From Candidatus Latescibacterota bacterium (lineage in GTDB: Bacteria > Latescibacterota > UBA2968): a stretch of 64,000 nucleotides of DNA. Within the stretch, counting starts at the first letter, position 1. Each line of letters begins with the position of its first letter. The translations under genes were made by a program, and so were the position numbers. This document shows positions 61,148 to 64,000 of the stretch, in pieces. The stretch spans positions 1,920,001 through 1,984,000 of the forward strand of contig OZ242195.1 in NCBI GenBank assembly GCA_965205975.1, read 5' to 3'. The notes under the pieces are model-generated. The model did no database searches, was not told the DNA's origin, and saw nothing but the letters and a program-made list of their open reading frames with translations.

Positions 61148-61176
61148 CATCTGCGTCCATCTGCGTCCATCTGCGG
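61148..61176 (+). repeat. 10-bp-unit tandem repeat (CATCTGCGTC x3)
   Basis: CATCTGCGTCCATCTGCGTCCATCTGCGG; related to CACAGATRAA elements. Confidence 0.75.
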
Positions 61177-61187
61177 ATCAGATGTCT

Positions 61188-62042
61188 CTAAATATCAACA
61201 AACCCTTGTTGTGCCCGTTCTTGTTCCGCCACATCCAGAATGCGTCGAATCAGCAAACTCTCCAGGCGCGGGATATTCGCTTTGCCACTTTCAAAAAAAT
61301 CCATAATCGCCGCAGTAGAACGCGGGAAAATCACCGCCCGATCCACCTCCATATACCGGGTCTCCTCCGTCGTCGTCACAACAGCAGCCTGCGGCGTCCT
61401 GTGTTTCTCATTCATATTGATCACCGCCGTTCGGTTGCCCGTAAAATCGATCAAAATCTGATTGTACTTTCCCTTACCCCGGCGCATCAACCGTTTTGCT
61501 CCCGTACCCATACAACTCACCACAATTTCTGTCGGATGAATACCGTACTCGTCAAAAGACCGCCCACTCTGCCAGACAATTAGGTGTTTCACCTTGCGAG
61601 GACCGACTTCCCGCACAAAATCCTGCACATTGCTATACCGCAGAGCAGATGAAGTTTGTATTGGAACGCGGTACTTATCTGCAAGCGCGAATATCTGTTG
61701 CGCCGTATCGAGATCGGGCGCAAAAGTCTTATCCACATAAGTAGCTTTGCCATAAGGAAAAATCGCCTCACACATAGCCAGGTGGCGCTCCGGAGTCCTC
61801 GGCGCCAGAACGAGATAGTAATCAACCACATCGTTCAAAGCCTGCACGTCCGAAAAATAGGGCACCCCATTTTCCTCTGCCCATGCAAGACTCGATTTCT
61901 GGCGAATACCCGTACAACCCGCCACCTCAAATCCCCGGTCCTTCAACTCATTCCTGAACGCACTCAGATACACATTTGCGTGAAAATTATTCAGATCGAG
62001 ATCGTAAAAACCAACGCGTTTCAAGCGGTGACCTCCTTTCAA
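61188..62042 (-). CDS. Gfo/Idh/MocA-like NAD(P)-binding protein
   Basis: YVDKTFA, SSALRY, YGIH; true start may be a few codons in. Confidence 0.75.
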   Translation of the reverse strand: MKGGHRLKRVGFYDLDLNNFHANVYLSAFRNELKDRGFEVAGCTGIRQKSSLAWAEENGVPYFSDVQALNDVVDYYLVLAPRTPERHLAMCEAIFPYGKATYVDKTFAPDLDTAQQIFALADKYRVPIQTSSALRYSNVQDFVREVGPRKVKHLIVWQSGRSFDEYGIHPTEIVVSCMGTGAKRLMRRGKGKYNQILIDFTGNRTAVINMNEKHRTPQAAVVTTTEETRYMEVDRAVIFPRSTAAIMDFFESGKANIPRLESLLIRRILDVAEQERAQQGFVDI

Positions 62043-62058
62043 AATAGGGGTCAGTAGA

Positions 62059-63564
62059 TTACCTCAAACCCAGCCGCACATACTGTTCCGGGGGCGCATC
62101 ACATGCTTCCATCCCTTGAATCAACAGATCCACCATCCGTTTTTCAACCTCCGGATCCTCCAGTGGCTTTTCCTGTTTTGGATCCTGTTCCAAATCGTAT
62201 AACAAGGTCCCAAAATCATGGATTCTCAACAATCTGGGATTAACACCCTTGCTATCCAGACCAGTGTGAATCTTCAGCACCTCACACCCTTTGGTAAAAC
62301 TGAGCGGTTCAGAAAGCGCCATCTTGCCCACCAATTCCTCTGGTGCAAAATGAGATCGGATGTGGGTTGGCATCAACGTATATTCAAACAGAGGCTGATT
62401 TTCCCGGTCTGCCGATGCCCGCATATACACATACCGCCCATCCGTCACATTGCCCTGATGTCCGTGCATCCCAAAAACCGCTGCCTCCCGCACCGCCGTA
62501 TCGTTATCCACCGCATCGCCAAGTGGTTTGCCGAGCATATCCACTGTCGGCTCCAAACCAAAAAAGTCCAGCAACGTCGGCCCCAGATCAATCGACGGCT
62601 GTACCAATGCCTCCCGCCGTTCCCCTTTCTTACCACATCGCGGATCCCAGATAAAAAACGGTGTGTGGGCCACTTCCTCATAAAAAGGCATCCACATCTT
62701 TGCCCAGCAATCGTGCTCACTCAGCAAAAACCCGTGATCGGTCCACACCACCAGCAACGTATCTTCCCACATCTCCAACTCATCCATCAAATCCAGCACA
62801 TCGCCCAGCTTGGCATCGCACATCGACAGCAGCGACGCATATTCAAATCGCATATGCTCAATTTGCTCCCGCGTCTCTTTCACCGGTTCATAACTCGGCC
62901 AATCATGCAACGGACCGTCGTAATCGCGATAATGTTCGGCGTAGAGATCCTTAAACTTGCGCTGGGAGAAAAACGGCTCATGGGGATCAAATGTTTCAAT
63001 CTGCAAAAACCAATTGTCTTCCGTATGGTTCCGCCGAATAAAATCAATCCCCGCCTCAAACGTCTTCGACTGGGGTTGATCTTCTTCCCGCCGCATAAAC
63101 TGCCGATTGATCAAATCCTGCCGGGACAGGTCATCCTCACCCGAATTTCGCCCATACGTATTTTCCGTAGAAGGATCTGCCACCTGTCCCTTCCACAGAT
63201 CTCCTTCCTGTCCCCTGAAAAACTGCCAGGTGCTATACTGGGTGTGATACGTACACCCGCCGTCTTCCCAATAATGCTGATGATCGCTCACCAGATGGCT
63301 CGAAACACCATGCTCCTTTAACATGCGGGGCACCGAATCGTCAAACGGCTCCAGCGGTCCCCACGAACGATGCAAAAAATTGGGCCGCCCCGTATGAAAA
63401 TCCCGCCTGGCTGGCATACACGGCATCGAACACACATACGACCTGTCAAACGTCACCGCGCGCTCTGCCAACCGTTTAAAATTTGGCGTATGCGTCCAGT
63501 CACACCCATAGGGCGACAACAGATGTCGATTTAGTGAATCAAACATCACCACAACTGCCTTCAT
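62059..63564 (-). CDS. Sulfatase (Cys-type)
   Basis: MFDSLNR, CMPAR, FDPHEPF, TDHG. Confidence 0.92.
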   Translation of the reverse strand: MKAVVVMFDSLNRHLLSPYGCDWTHTPNFKRLAERAVTFDRSYVCSMPCMPARRDFHTGRPNFLHRSWGPLEPFDDSVPRMLKEHGVSSHLVSDHQHYWEDGGCTYHTQYSTWQFFRGQEGDLWKGQVADPSTENTYGRNSGEDDLSRQDLINRQFMRREEDQPQSKTFEAGIDFIRRNHTEDNWFLQIETFDPHEPFFSQRKFKDLYAEHYRDYDGPLHDWPSYEPVKETREQIEHMRFEYASLLSMCDAKLGDVLDLMDELEMWEDTLLVVWTDHGFLLSEHDCWAKMWMPFYEEVAHTPFFIWDPRCGKKGERREALVQPSIDLGPTLLDFFGLEPTVDMLGKPLGDAVDNDTAVREAAVFGMHGHQGNVTDGRYVYMRASADRENQPLFEYTLMPTHIRSHFAPEELVGKMALSEPLSFTKGCEVLKIHTGLDSKGVNPRLLRIHDFGTLLYDLEQDPKQEKPLEDPEVEKRMVDLLIQGMEACDAPPEQYVRLGLR

Positions 63565-63611
63565 ATCTCCTCCTCTTTGATCAAATCCCCACTTCCAATT
63601 CTAACGCCTTT

Positions 63612-63685
63612 AGAATATAACGCTATCGAACCGAAGTCAAACGAGATAACTCTGCCTTGACTTCCCAATCGCAAATCCCTACCAT
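63612..63685. promoter_or_regulatory. Back-to-back divergent sigma70-type promoters
   Basis: Minus: TTGACT-17-TATTCT (63640-63612); plus: TTGACT-17-TACCAT (63657-63685). Confidence 0.55.
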
Positions 63686-63712
63686 GCAATTGCTTTTGAT
63701 AAAGGACAAGCA

Positions 63713-64000
63713 ATGGATAAACAAATTCCAAAACGCGGGCTGGTGGAGCGCCTGAACGAAAGCGGTGTAATATGCGCCGAAGGGTATGTATTTGAACTCG
63801 AGCGCAGGGGATATCTCCAGGCGGGAGCTTATGTGCCCGAAGTTGTCTTAGAACACCCCGAAGCAGTCGCCGCTTTACACCGAGAATTTCTGCGGGCAGG
63901 CTCAGATGTCATCGAAGCCCTCACGTATTATGCCCACCGCGAAAAACTCCGTCTAATCGGCAAAGAAGAACTGCTCGAACCCCTTCAAAAAAACGCCTTA
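63713..64000 (+). CDS. Homocysteine S-methyltransferase (BHMT-like), N-terminus (runs off window edge)
   Basis: Manual translation MDKQIPKRGLVERLNESGVICAEGYVFELERRGYLQAGAYVPEVVLEHPEAVAALHREFLRAGSDVIEALTYY. Confidence 0.85.
   Translation, partial: MDKQIPKRGLVERLNESGVICAEGYVFELERRGYLQAGAYVPEVVLEHPEAVAALHREFLRAGSDVIEALTYYAHREKLRLIGKEELLEPLQKNAL

Overview
Bacterial chromosomal window. T9SS-type PorV/CTD proteins plus many PhyH dioxygenases, sulfatases and Gfo/Idh/MocA oxidoreductases suggest an FCB-superphylum heterotroph such as Latescibacterota (inference). Most of it is catabolic/transport genes on the minus strand. These include an octaheme cytochrome-HEAT-TPR / DUF6785-type transporter / TPR / CRTAC1 cluster (1-6.9 kb) and a SusD-less TonB-receptor uptake locus (34.7-48.4 kb). 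Two accessory defence regions are embedded. (i) A plus-strand type I R-M island (24.3-34.5 kb) whose HTH-fused hsdM appears leaderless. It has a retropepsin gene wedged between hsdM and hsdS, and a translationally coupled long-TIR / stand-alone SLOG / short-TIR cassette between hsdS and hsdR. This cassette is Thoeris-like but has no recognisable effector gene, and is the best candidate for an undescribed system. (ii) A decaying region (50.4-55.4 kb) with an intact PaeR7I/XhoI-like MTase, a MITE-like insertion, a truncated REase and a frameshifted BrnT toxin with three antitoxin sequence copies. Several genes carry internal deletions or 1-bp frameshifts, and several families of small intergenic repeats occur. 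No rRNA, tRNA, CRISPR array, integrase or reverse transcriptase was seen. All family calls come from motif recognition by eye, not database searches.
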